Assembly (NCBI RefSeq): GCF_036402515.1
Contig: NZ_DASWST010000247.1
Length of the DNA stretch: 64,000 nucleotides
Reading direction: 5' to 3' (one strand)
Source of the DNA: Pseudonocardia sp.
Lineage (GTDB): Bacteria > Actinomycetota > Actinomycetes > Mycobacteriales > Pseudonocardiaceae
This document shows, in pieces, positions 26,310-37,109 of the stretch. A program made the position numbers and the translations under genes. The number at the start of each line of letters is the position of its first letter. The first letter of the stretch is position 1. The notes below the pieces were generated by a model. It was not told the DNA's origin. It was given only the letters and a program-made list of their open reading frames with translations, and did not search any database.

Positions 26310-27044
26310 GAGGGTGGCGGCGAGCCAACGGGTGGCACCGGCCACGGTGGTCCGCACCGGGAGGCCGGCGGGCAGCGGCGGGCGGGACTGGATGAGCACC
26401 GGGATGCCCAGCTCGGCGGCGGCGCGCAGCTTGGCGGCGGTCATCTCACCGCCGCTGTCCTTGGTGACCAGCACGTCGATCCGGTGCTCGCGCAGCAGCG
26501 CCCGCTCGCCGTCCAGGGTGAACGGGCCACGGGCCAGCAGCGGGCACATCCGCTTCGGCGTCGGCGGCTCCGGCGGGTCGACCGAGCGCACCAGGAACCA
26601 ATGCTCGTCCAGCCCGGCGAACGCGGCCAGCCCGCCCCGGCCGGTGGTCAGGAACACCCGCCGGCCCAGCCCGGGCAGTGCTGAGGCGGCGGCGGTCAAG
26701 GTGGGCACCCAGTGCCAGTCGTCCCCGTCGGAGGGGCTCCAGCCCGGCCTGCGCAGCACCAGCAGCGGGATGCCCAGCTGAGCGGTGGCGGCGGCCGCCG
26801 ACGCGCTCATGGTGGCCGCGAACGGATGGGTCGCGTCGATCACGGCGGTGATCCGCTCGGCGCGCAGGTAGTCGAGCAGTCCAGCCACCCCGCCGAACCC
26901 TCCCACGCGCACCTCGCCGGGCGGCGGCACTGGCGCCCGCACCCGCCCGGCCAGCGAGGACACCACGCTCAGCCGGGGGTTGCCGACCAGTTCGGCGGCC
27001 AGCCGGCGGGCCTCCCCGGTGCCGCCCAGGATGAGCACCCGCAT
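26301..27044 (-). CDS. cobK: Precorrin-6A/cobalt-precorrin-6A reductase
   Basis: MRVLILGGTGEAR, SSLAGR, GGFGG, DATHPFA, TKDSGG. Confidence 0.95.
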   Translation of the reverse strand: MRVLILGGTGEARRLAAELVGNPRLSVVSSLAGRVRAPVPPPGEVRVGGFGGVAGLLDYLRAERITAVIDATHPFAATMSASAAAATAQLGIPLLVLRRPGWSPSDGDDWHWVPTLTAAASALPGLGRRVFLTTGRGGLAAFAGLDEHWFLVRSVDPPEPPTPKRMCPLLARGPFTLDGERALLREHRIDVLVTKDSGGEMTAAKLRAAAELGIPVLIQSRPPLPAGLPVRTTVAGATRWLAATLNP

Positions 27045-27170
27045 CGGCCCATCGTGGCGCACCGGGTTGTTCCGCGCGATACCCGGAGATACCGGTCACC
27101 ACCGTCTGCGGCGCCCGAACAGCCTGGGTACTCTGCGGTCACCGCGGTGATGCGGGCTCACCCTGCCTGA

Positions 27171-28199
<1,029 letters not shown>

Positions 28200-28235
28200 C
28201 GCTCGGGCTGATCGAGGCCGGAGACGGGGTGCTCG

Positions 28236-29366
28236 GTGCTGGGCACACCCGACCGAGAGCACTTGTCCTTCGCCCTCGACCTGCACCGCGCGCTGGCGCC
28301 TGATCCGGGGCGCACCGCGTGCTGGTCGCCGTTCTCGGTGGCCAGTGCGCTCGGCCTGGTCGCCAAGGGCGCGGCCGGGGTGACCCGGGAGGAACTGGTC
28401 GGGCTGCTGCTCGGGGATACCTCGGCCGAACCGGAGCGACTGTTCGAGCTGCTCGCGGCGGCCGAGCGATTGGACGAGACCGGGGAGCACGAGGACGAAC
28501 CGGTGCTCGCGGTGGCCGACACGCTGTGGGCCGACCAGTCGATCACCGTGCGGGAGTCCTTCGCCGACGAACTCGCCCGGATGCCGAGCGGCGCGGTGTG
28601 CAACGCGCCGTTCCGCACCGACCCGGAGGCCGCCCGGGAGCAGATCAACTCCGACGTTGCGAGGACCACCCGCGACCTGATCCCAGAACTGCTGCCGCGC
28701 GGGATGATCGGCCCGGACACGGTGGCCGCGGTGGTGAACGCGCTGTACCTGAAGGTGGCCTGGCGGCACCGGTTCGACCAGGACGGCACCCGGTCGGAGC
28801 CGTTTCACGCGCCCGGCGGCACGCTGCGGGTGCCGACCATGCGGCTGGCCGAGCGGGTCGGCTACGCGGCCCGCGCCGGCTGGCAGGTGGTCGCGCTGCC
28901 CGCGCTCGGCGGGGTGCGGGCCACCGTGCTGCTGCCGGACGGCGACCTGGCCGAGGCGGAGCGCTCGCTGGACGCCGAGTCGGTCGCCGCGCTGCTGTCC
29001 GCGCCCGAGTCGCGCAAGGTAAGGCTGACGCTGCCCCGGCTGGAGCTGTCCACCCGCGCGGAGCTGACCCCGGTGCTGAACGCGCTCGGCGTGCGCACCG
29101 TGTTCACCCGGGACGCCGACCTGAGCGGGATCAGCCCGGACCCCCTTGCGGTGCAGGCGGTCCTGCACCAGACGGTGCTCAAGGTGGACGAGCAGGGCCT
29201 GGAGGGTGCGGCGGCCACGGCGGTGATGATCCGGCTGCTGTCGGCGGATACGCAGCGGCCGGTGGAAGTCCGGGTGGATCGCCCGTTCCTGCTGCTGGTC
29301 CAGCACGCCGCAACGGGCGCGCTTTACTTCCTGGCACGGGTGACAGACCCGGGAACCGCTGGCTGA
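28236..29366 (+). CDS. Serpin family protein
   Basis: SPFSVASAL, VNALYLK.AW...F, VPTM, hinge VDEQGLEGAAATA, DRPFL. Confidence 0.9.
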   Translation: MLGTPDREHLSFALDLHRALAPDPGRTACWSPFSVASALGLVAKGAAGVTREELVGLLLGDTSAEPERLFELLAAAERLDETGEHEDEPVLAVADTLWADQSITVRESFADELARMPSGAVCNAPFRTDPEAAREQINSDVARTTRDLIPELLPRGMIGPDTVAAVVNALYLKVAWRHRFDQDGTRSEPFHAPGGTLRVPTMRLAERVGYAARAGWQVVALPALGGVRATVLLPDGDLAEAERSLDAESVAALLSAPESRKVRLTLPRLELSTRAELTPVLNALGVRTVFTRDADLSGISPDPLAVQAVLHQTVLKVDEQGLEGAAATAVMIRLLSADTQRPVEVRVDRPFLLLVQHAATGALYFLARVTDPGTAG

Positions 29367-29374
29367 AGCCAGCT

Positions 29375-29983
29375 TCAGCCGAGCAGCACCGCCGCGAGCG
29401 TGCGGGCCCGGCGGGCCGGGCCGAGGTGGCCGAGCGCCTGGGCGGACGCGTAAACCCCCTCCATGAGCAGCGCGAGGTGGTCGGCCAGCTCGCCCGGGTC
29501 GGCCACCGGGTCGGCCACCGGCGCGGTCACCGAGTCCGCCACCGGCGCGGTCGCCGCGAACTGCTCGGCCAGCTCCCCCATCCGCTCACGCACCCAGGTC
29601 TTCATCTCGATCGCGACCTGCCTCGCCGGGTGCTCGGCGTCCGGGAACTCGGCCAGCGCCATCAGGAACGGGCAGCCTCGGCACTGGTGGGGCTGCACCT
29701 GCTCGGCGAGGGCGTCGAACACGGCCAGGATCTGATCCCGGGGCAACGCTCCCCCGGACCCGGCGGCGATGTCGAACCACTCCCGGTAGAGCCGGAACGC
29801 CCGCTCGATGTAGGCAGCGACCAGGTCGTCCTTGGAGGCGAACAGGCGGTATAGCGTGGTCGGCGCGATACCCGCTTCGGCGGCCACCCGGTCCACCCCG
29901 GTGGCTCGGATGCCGTGCCAGTAGAACAGCTCGTGGGCAACCTCGAGCACGTGTTCCCTGGTCTGCTCGGCTGAGCGCCGCAA
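29375..29983 (-). CDS. TetR family regulator
   Basis: HTH GIRATGVDRVAAEAGIAPTTLYRLFASKDDL; RGCPF motif. Confidence 0.92.
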   Translation of the reverse strand: MRRSAEQTREHVLEVAHELFYWHGIRATGVDRVAAEAGIAPTTLYRLFASKDDLVAAYIERAFRLYREWFDIAAGSGGALPRDQILAVFDALAEQVQPHQCRGCPFLMALAEFPDAEHPARQVAIEMKTWVRERMGELAEQFAATAPVADSVTAPVADPVADPGELADHLALLMEGVYASAQALGHLGPARRARTLAAVLLG

Positions 29984-30022
29984 TGGCCTTGTCCCGTCCG
30001 CTCGCTGCTGAGTACATTGTGC

Positions 30023-30052
30023 CCCTTGTTAGGGATCGTTCCCTAACAAGGG
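30023..30052. promoter_or_regulatory. Inverted repeat, likely TetR operator
   Basis: CCCTTGTTAGGGA-TCGT-TCCCTAACAAGGG, perfect 13-bp arms between divergent tetR and MBL genes. Confidence 0.7.
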
Positions 30053-30068
30053 CACACGGGGAGGCGCA

Positions 30069-31081
30069 ATGATCATCCGAAAGGTCTCCTGGCTGGTTGC
30101 CCTGGTGGTCGCGACGACCCTGTCAGGATGCGCCGGCGGGCAGCCGGCGCCCAGCGGTGCGGCGCCCAGCGGTGCGGCGCCGGGCAGTCCGACACCGGCG
30201 GCCCCGGTCGGGTCCTTCTCCTCGGACAACCCCGGCTCGGTCAACATCTACTGGCTCTCCGCGCCTGACGGGTTGGTGCTGGTGGACGGGCTGCGCACGC
30301 TGTCCGACGCCCGCCGCGCGCTCACCGGGATCCAGGCCACCGGCCGGCCGGTGGCGGCCATCCTGCTCACCCATCCGCACCCTGACCACGTCGGCGGGCT
30401 CACCGAGCTCCACCGGGCGTACCCAGAGGCGCCGATCTACGCGAACACCGCGACCGCCGAGTTCATCCGCACCGACCCGCTCGGCTTCTATGCGCTGACC
30501 CACCAGCAGCTCGGCGACGACCACCCCGCCAAGCCGGTCGTGCCGGACCACACCGTCGGCGCCGGGGCACCCCTGGACGTGGCCGGCCTGCACCTGGAGA
30601 CCGCCGAGTTCGGCGCCGGCGAGTCGGTCACCGCGGTGGCCTACTACCAGCCGGACACGGGCGCGCTGTTCCCCGGCGACCTGGTGGGCAACCGGGTCAC
30701 CCCGGCGCTGTTGGAGGGCCACACCTGCGGGTGGCTGACCGGCCTGGACCAGCTGCGCGCCCGTTTCCCGCCGCCAAGACCCTCTACCCGGGACATGGCG
30801 CCCCCGGCGACCCGGCCACGCTGATCGACGCGCAGGGCGAGTACGTGCGCACCTTCCGCGCCTTCACCCGGCCGACGGCGGCGGAGAGCTCGCCGGGTGG
30901 GCCGGAGGTCACCGCCGACGAGCGGCGCGTGGTCGTCACCGAGCTGGACCGGCGCTACCCGAACTACCCCAGGGTGGCCTCGCTGCCCAACATCGAGGAG
31001 CTGAACATCGCCGCCGTGGCCAAGGAACTGGCCGGCGAGACCACCGCCGACACCGTCCCGCCACCCGCCTGCCGACCCTGA
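30069..31081 (+). pseudogene. MBL-fold metallo-hydrolase lipoprotein split by a -1 frameshift near 30764-30770
   Basis: Lipobox LSGC, THPHPDHVGG and GDL in the first frame; conserved PGHG motif and C-terminus only in the -1 frame. Confidence 0.8.
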
Positions 31082-31095
31082 CCTCAGGAGCATCC

Positions 31096-31923
31096 ATGTA
31101 CCTCGTCACCGGATCGACCGGGAACGTCGGAGCCGAGCTGGTCCGCGCGCTGATCCAAGCCGGCGCCCCGGCCCGGGCCCTGACCAGGGCGGACACCGGT
31201 AGACCGACACCCACCGGCGTGCAGCTGGCCATCGGCGACCTGAACCGGCCGGAGACGCTGCGCGACGCGCTGGCCGACGTGCGTGGGGTGTTCCTGCTCC
31301 CCGGTTACCAGGACATGAAGGGGCTGCTGGCCGAGGCGGCGTCCGCCGGCGTGGAGCGGGTGGTGCTGCTGTCCGGCAGCTCCGCCGACGGTGACCAGAG
31401 CAACGCGATCACCCGCTACATGAGCGCCTCGGAAGCCGCGGTGCACGGCTCGGGGCTGGCCTGGTCGGTGCTGCGGCCCAGCGCGTTCATGTCCAACACC
31501 TTGGAGTGGGTGCCGCAGCTGCGCGCCGGCGACCTGGTGCGCGCGCCGTTCGCCGGGACCCGCGCGGCCACCGTCGACCCGGCCGACATCGCGGCGGTCG
31601 CGGCGCTGGCCCTGCTCGACCCGGGGCACGCCGGGCAGACCTACCGACTCACCGGGCCCGAGGCGCTGCTGCCCGCTGACCGGGTGGCCGTGCTGGCCGA
31701 GGTGCTCGGCCGGCCGCTGCGGTTCGCCGGCCAGCCCGACGACGACGCGCGAGCGGAGATGTCGGCCAGCATGCCGGCGGAGTACCTCGACGCGTTCTTC
31801 AGCTTCTACGTTGAGGGCACCCTGGACGAGTCGCCGGTGCTGCCCACCGTGGCGGAGCTGACCGGCCGCCCGGCCCGCACCTTCCGCCGGTGGGCCGAAG
31901 CGCACGCCGCCGAGCTGGCCTGA
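31096..31923 (+). CDS. NmrA-like NAD(P)H-binding protein (atypical SDR)
   Basis: LVTGSTGNVG, LRPSAFM, VDPADIA, LTGPE; RBS AGGAG. Confidence 0.9.
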   Translation: MYLVTGSTGNVGAELVRALIQAGAPARALTRADTGRPTPTGVQLAIGDLNRPETLRDALADVRGVFLLPGYQDMKGLLAEAASAGVERVVLLSGSSADGDQSNAITRYMSASEAAVHGSGLAWSVLRPSAFMSNTLEWVPQLRAGDLVRAPFAGTRAATVDPADIAAVAALALLDPGHAGQTYRLTGPEALLPADRVAVLAEVLGRPLRFAGQPDDDARAEMSASMPAEYLDAFFSFYVEGTLDESPVLPTVAELTGRPARTFRRWAEAHAAELA

Positions 31924-32008
31924 TGCGGTTACCTCCGTCGGCGGCTTGACCATGCTTGATCGGCAGGTCGAGACTTTCGGGTCCGCCAGTTCGAGAGGGG
32001 GCCAGCCC

Positions 32009-32611
32009 ATGGCCTGGTCCATCCGCGGTCGCTACTTCGAAAACTGTTCCTGCGACATGCCCTGCCCGTGCACGGTCTCGTTCGACGCCGGCGCCGACAC
32101 CGAACGCTGCCACGCCGTGCTTATTTTCCATGTGGACACCGGCGAGGTGGACGACGTGGACGTGAGCGACCGGACCGTCGTGGCGGTGGCGGACACTCCG
32201 CAAGTGATGACCGACGGCAACTGGAAGCTCGGGCTGGTGGTCGATGACGGGGCCTCCGACGAGCAGCTCGACAAGCTCGGCGCGGTCTTCGGCGGTCAAC
32301 TCGGCGGCCCGATGGAGGCGCTTGCCCCGCTGGTGGGCGAGCTGCTCGGGGTGGAACGGATGCGCATCGAGGTCACCGAGAGCAACGGCAACCACAAGCT
32401 GCTCGCCGGTGACGCACTCCAGGTCGAGATCGACGACGTGGTGCCGTTCGGTGTGGAGACCGGCCGCCCCGCCCGGCTCGTCGACGTCTTTCACCCGGCC
32501 AACAGCGAGCTGACCGTCGGGAAGGGTCGCTCGCGAGTCGGCGTCCTCGGTCTCGAGTGGAGCCAGGACGGCACCTCGGGGTTCTCCGCACCCTTCGCCT
32601 GGTCAGGCTAG
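32009..32611 (+). CDS. DUF1326 domain protein
   Basis: W.IRG.YFENCSCDMPCPC...C N-terminal motif, VFGGQLGGP. Confidence 0.85.
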   Translation: MAWSIRGRYFENCSCDMPCPCTVSFDAGADTERCHAVLIFHVDTGEVDDVDVSDRTVVAVADTPQVMTDGNWKLGLVVDDGASDEQLDKLGAVFGGQLGGPMEALAPLVGELLGVERMRIEVTESNGNHKLLAGDALQVEIDDVVPFGVETGRPARLVDVFHPANSELTVGKGRSRVGVLGLEWSQDGTSGFSAPFAWSG

Positions 32612-33411
32612 TGACCCGCACGCAGGTCCCAGTCAAGTCCGGCCGGGCGCTGACGATCGTTCCACTGCTGGCCCTCGCCGTGCTCTGTTGGGCCGTCGTG
32701 CTGTGGCGCATGGGCGGCGACGACGGGGGCCGCGGTGCCGATCCGGGCACGCTCGGCTTCTTCACCGGCATGTGGACGGTGATGATGGCCGCGATGATGC
32801 TGCCGTCCGTGTGGCCCACGGTGCTGGTGTACCGGCGGCTGCAGGCGGCACGGCGCGAGCGCGGGCAGCGCGCCGTGTGGATGGGGTCGGCATGGCTGCT
32901 GGTCGGCTACCTGGCCGCGTGGACCGTGGCGGGGCTCGTTGGGTTCGCCGTGCTCAAGGCCGGACGTGCCTTGGACATCGACGCACTGAGCTGGGACAGG
33001 AGCGGCCCGCTGCTGGCCGGCGGAGTGATCGTCGCGGCGGCGGTCTATCAGCTCACCCCGCTCAAGGACGTCTGCCTGCGACATTGCCGTGGCCCGTTCA
33101 GCTTCCTGCTCGAGCACTGGCGTCCTGGCCCGGTCGGCGCCCTGCGGATGGGCGCCCGGCACGGCCTCTGGTGCATCGGCTGCTGCTGGGCGCTGATGGC
33201 CGCGCTGTTCGCACTCGGGGTGATGAGCATCCCGTGGATGGCACTGATCGCGGTGTTCATCGCGGCCGAGAAACTGCTGCCCTGGCGCCGGGTCGCCACG
33301 ACGTTCGTGACCGTTGCACTCTTGGCGCTGGGCCTCGCGGTGGCTCTCGTTCCCGAGCAGGTGCCCGGGCTGATGGCGCCCACCACGACGATGCCCGAGA
33401 TGACCATGTAG
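32611..33411 (+). CDS. DUF2182 predicted metal-binding membrane protein
   Basis: MMAAMMLPS, YQLTPLK.VCL.HCR.P, CIGCCWALM, EK; TAG/GTG overlap with DUF1326 gene. Confidence 0.88.
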   Translation: MTRTQVPVKSGRALTIVPLLALAVLCWAVVLWRMGGDDGGRGADPGTLGFFTGMWTVMMAAMMLPSVWPTVLVYRRLQAARRERGQRAVWMGSAWLLVGYLAAWTVAGLVGFAVLKAGRALDIDALSWDRSGPLLAGGVIVAAAVYQLTPLKDVCLRHCRGPFSFLLEHWRPGPVGALRMGARHGLWCIGCCWALMAALFALGVMSIPWMALIAVFIAAEKLLPWRRVATTFVTVALLALGLAVALVPEQVPGLMAPTTTMPEMTM

Positions 33412-33433
33412 GCATTCACACCAGCTCAGCACC

Positions 33434-33649
33434 CTAGCTGGGGGCCTCGTCGGCGAGCACGTCGTCGATCAGCGACTCGAGCTCGGACAGCGTGCGGTGC
33501 GGGCCGTCGGTGCGCAGCACGACCACGCCGTCGTCTTCGGCGCCCGACGCGGCCAGCCCAGCGGTGATGTCGTGCGCGGCGCGCAGCGCGGTCTTGCCGA
33601 ACCGGTCTTTGGCCAGGTGCTTTACCGGCGGCGGCGATTCCTCGGTCAA
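33434..33649 (-). CDS. Small hypothetical protein (71 aa)
   Basis: TTG at 33649 with GAAAGGGA upstream; GC3-rich codons; acidic amphipathic C-terminus. Confidence 0.5.
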   Translation of the reverse strand: MTEESPPPVKHLAKDRFGKTALRAAHDITAGLAASGAEDDGVVVLRTDGPHRTLSELESLIDDVLADEAPS

Positions 33650-33763
33650 GGGCTGGTGTCCCTTTCGTAGCGTTGTGCAGCGCCGAGGCGTCGCGCGGTG
33701 TGACCGGTCGGTTACTATTGTCGCATCCGCCCCCGGGGTACCCGCTCGGTACGGAGGCAACAG

Positions 33764-33919
33764 ATGAACAGTCTGGTTCTCTCGCATTGGCGGTGCATGC
33801 TCTGCGAGGTGGAGGGCCGCGACGCCGCGGCCGAGCCAACCTGTTGGAACTGCGGTGGCGAAGTGATCGTGACGGCGCGCCCGACCGTTCCACTGCGGCC
33901 CGGCGCCGACGCGGAGTAA
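33764..33919 (+). CDS. 51-aa zinc-ribbon microprotein (absent from ORF track)
   Basis: RBS GGAGG, ATG; MNSLVLSHWRCMLCEVEGRDAAAEPTCWNCGGEVIVTARPTVPLRPGADAE with two CxxC pairs. Confidence 0.7.
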   Translation: MNSLVLSHWRCMLCEVEGRDAAAEPTCWNCGGEVIVTARPTVPLRPGADAE

Positions 33920-33967
33920 CCCCCGCGCCGACGTCGAACGTGAGGCCGGTGAGGCCTCAGCGTTAGG

Positions 33968-35221
33968 TCACGAGGTCATTGCGCACTGCCCCCGATCCGC
34001 GTGGGTCGGCCCCGCGGCGGACGGCTTGATGTCGAAATCGAAGATCGCCGTCGGCAGGTAGAGCGAACAGCACGCGTTCGGGATGTCCACCACGCCGCTG
34101 ATCCGGCCCTCGAGCGGCGCCGAACCGAGCAGCAGGTACGCCTGCTCGCCGGAGTAGCCGAACTTCTTGAGGTACTCGACCGCGTTCAGACACGCCCGCC
34201 GGTAGGCGACCGTCGCGTCCAGGTAGTAATTGGTGTCGGTTTCATGGTCCACCGAGACCCCGATGAAGGTGAGGAACTCGGAATACCGGGGCTCGACGTT
34301 GCCCGGCATGAAGATCGGGTTGGTGGTCACTCCGTAGGTCTCCATACCGCCCTTGATCAGGTCGACGTGGAAGTCGATGAAGCCGCCCATCTCGATCGCA
34401 CCGCAGAACGTGATCTCGCCGTCCCCCTGGCTGAAGTGCAGGTCACCGCCGGAGAGCTTGGCGTCCTTCACGTGCACCGGGTAGAAGACCCGCGATCCTC
34501 GGGTGAAGTTCTTGATGTCGTGGTTGCCGCCGTTCTCCCTGGCCGGAACCGTGCGCGCGCCTTCCCTGGCAATCCGCTGCGCCAACTTCCCGTCTGCCTT
34601 GCCGCCCAGGCTGTTGGCCTCGAGCGGGGGCAGCGCCAGTGGCGGAACCCGGTCCGGATCCGTGTCGATGAGGGCCTGCTCGCGGCGGTTCCACCGGGCC
34701 AGCAGATCGGCCGAGGGCGCGGTGCCGAACAGCCCGGGGTGGGTGATGCCGGTGTAGCGGATTCCGGGCAGGTGCCGGGACGTGGCGACCTGGCCCTGGA
34801 AGTCCCAGATTGCCTTGTACGACCGCGGGAAGTAGTCGGTCAGGAAACCGCCGCCATTCTCCCGGGCGAAGACCCCGGTGTAGCCCCAGCCCTGCCCGGG
34901 CGCGTCCCCGAACTCCTGGGGAGGCTGGACCGGGCCGAGGTCCAGGATGTCCACCACGAGAAGGTCGCCCGGCTCGGCGCCCTCGACCCCGATCGGGCCG
35001 CTGAGCATGTGACAGCGGGTGAGATCGACATCGCGGACGTCGTTGGCGGAGTCGTTGTTCCCGATCTGAGCGTCTGTCCACTCCCGGCACTCCACCCGGA
35101 AGGTGGAACCGGGACGGACCATCACCGCGACCGGGACATCCGGGTGCCAGCGGTTGTGGCCGGGTACCGCTTGGTCGTGCATCGACTTCGCCTGGTCGAC
35201 GCTGAACACCACCTCAGGCAT
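33968..35221 (-). CDS. fmdA: Formamidase (acetamidase/formamidase family)
   Basis: HNRWHPD, ENGGNHDIKN, GDLHFSQGDGEI, VDIPNAC. Confidence 0.93.
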   Translation of the reverse strand: MPEVVFSVDQAKSMHDQAVPGHNRWHPDVPVAVMVRPGSTFRVECREWTDAQIGNNDSANDVRDVDLTRCHMLSGPIGVEGAEPGDLLVVDILDLGPVQPPQEFGDAPGQGWGYTGVFARENGGGFLTDYFPRSYKAIWDFQGQVATSRHLPGIRYTGITHPGLFGTAPSADLLARWNRREQALIDTDPDRVPPLALPPLEANSLGGKADGKLAQRIAREGARTVPARENGGNHDIKNFTRGSRVFYPVHVKDAKLSGGDLHFSQGDGEITFCGAIEMGGFIDFHVDLIKGGMETYGVTTNPIFMPGNVEPRYSEFLTFIGVSVDHETDTNYYLDATVAYRRACLNAVEYLKKFGYSGEQAYLLLGSAPLEGRISGVVDIPNACCSLYLPTAIFDFDIKPSAAGPTHADRGQCAMTS

Positions 35222-35227
35222 GGTTCC

Positions 35228-35887
35228 TCACCCTTTCTGCTCAGCCGCCGGGCGCCGGTAGGTCGGGACGCGGGGCTTGGTTGGAGTGCCGCCACGGGGC
35301 TCGTGGTGGCGAGTCATCGGGATCAGCGCGATGAACACCACGACGCCGAACGCGCCCAGCGCAATCGCGTAGGTTGCCGGTGCCGGGAACAGGCCGGTGA
35401 GCAGCAGGAACGCCGGAATCGCCGCGGTCACCCAGCCTTCGATGGCGGTTACCCAGCCGGTGTAGCGGGTGAGTCCTTCGTGTTTGAGCCCGAGCAGCAC
35501 GAAGAACAGGGCCCACAGGAAGGCCCAGAAGATCCAGATCACCCCGAACGCCGGGTCACCGACCAGGGAAAAGTTGACCCAGGAGTACCCCAGCGCCGCG
35601 ATAGCCACGAACAGCGAGAAGTAGCCCACCCCGGTGGTGTCCAGGCCGGCCAGCAACCCGATACCGACATAGAGGTAGGTGAATCCGAACAGGTACAGGC
35701 CAGAGGCAGCGAGGATCCGCGCCGGGTCCCCGTTCGCGGTGAAGATCAGATAGGTAGGGGTGACCACCTGGAGCCCGCCCACGAACAGGTTCAGCGGAGC
35801 GGCTGCCTTGGCGTCCACCAGGCCGACCAACATCAGCCCGTTGATGAACAGCACCACGCCTACGTAAAAGAGCCCAACAGTGCCCAT
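35228..35887 (-). CDS. AmiS/UreI family amide/urea channel
   Basis: GLFYVG.VLF.NG, LFGFTYLY, W..WAFLW; RBS AGGAGG. Confidence 0.92.
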   Translation of the reverse strand: MGTVGLFYVGVVLFINGLMLVGLVDAKAAAPLNLFVGGLQVVTPTYLIFTANGDPARILAASGLYLFGFTYLYVGIGLLAGLDTTGVGYFSLFVAIAALGYSWVNFSLVGDPAFGVIWIFWAFLWALFFVLLGLKHEGLTRYTGWVTAIEGWVTAAIPAFLLLTGLFPAPATYAIALGAFGVVVFIALIPMTRHHEPRGGTPTKPRVPTYRRPAAEQKG

Positions 35888-35933
35888 TGCATACAACCTC
35901 CTACCCGCGTGCCTCGGCGCGAAGCCGGTGCGG

Positions 35934-36221
35934 TCACGGACGAGGCAGCGAGTTCCATCTCGGGTCAGCGGGAGCGGCGCGCCGCGCCGAGGGTGGAAGG
36001 GCATCAGTCACGGTGGGCGCGTCACGGCTCGCCTCCTCCCGCGACCGGTGTTCGGCTAGCGCGGGCGGGGTGCGGGTCAACATCGGCGGGGTGTAGCGAC
36101 GACGTCCGGGCCGGCCGCATCGCGGACAGTCCTCGGCGCTTCGAGCGGTTCCGATGGACCGACGGAGCTCCCAGGGTCCACAAGCGGCGCACCCATAGAC
36201 GTAATTCGCCACAACTGTCAC
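35934..36221 (-). CDS. fmdB: FmdB family zinc-ribbon protein
   Basis: Y.Y.CAAC...CPRCG...RR.YTPP and C-terminal LPRP; upstream of amiS-fmdA (GTG 36212 also possible). Confidence 0.8.
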   Translation of the reverse strand: MTVVANYVYGCAACGPWELRRSIGTARSAEDCPRCGRPGRRRYTPPMLTRTPPALAEHRSREEASRDAPTVTDALPPSARRAAPADPRWNSLPRP

Positions 36222-37109
36222 CCCGACACATCAGCGTATCGACAGCTTCGCCATAGTAGTGATGCCATGAGGAGCGCGACAGGCCTTTCACAAGACTCTT
36301 TCTCCATGGCTATTAAATTCAAAATTGCCCGGCCGCGCCACCCGTGAATTCGATCATCGCCGCGACCAAATTGCGGCGGCAATAATGAGATAATCTAAAA
36401 GATTGCGGTCGGCCATATGTGCAACTTTTCCCGGTTGCCGTTGGTCCGGGCACGGCCGACCGAGTGTCTCGGGCATCAATTGGCCGCACCCAGTTCAGTG
36501 ACGCGCGTTGTGCACCTATGTGCGGGTTGCGTTGCGGCCGCTCTGGAGGCAGCCTTCAGGGGCTTCACCGCCCTGGACCCCGGCGGACCCGCCCATCGTG
36601 CCGTGCGAAAGGTCGTCCATGAGTTTTCCCACTGGGGGTCGGCCACGCGCCGCGCCAACCCGCGGTCGCCGAGGCCCGCGGCAGCTGCTGCCTGAACAAC
36701 GCCTGTCAACCTGGCCTACCAGTCCCGCCGACCAGAAATGCCCTGGCTGTGGCCGCCGTGTGGAGGCCGAGGCAAGTGGGCATACGCGACACTGCCCGTG
36801 GCGTGGCGGCGACACCCACTGACATTGTCGGTGAGGACGAGCTAGCCCGTGCCGCTGGGCCGCTCGGTATCAAGGTCCAGGATTCCTAGCACGCCGCATC
36901 CGACATCGAGCGAGCTGTGTTGTTCATGTCAGAAGGCGATCGACCTTCAACTCTCAATTCGAGTGACCGAGCCAAATTCGCTGACTGCCGCGACACGTCC
37001 ATTCCGGTTTATGATCAAGTGCTTGCGGCAGGGCAAAGACGCTCATTATGAAGCGCGATAAGCGAATTCGTGGATCAGCCCAGTTGCCCTGATGAGGACC
37101 ACCGGGTCG

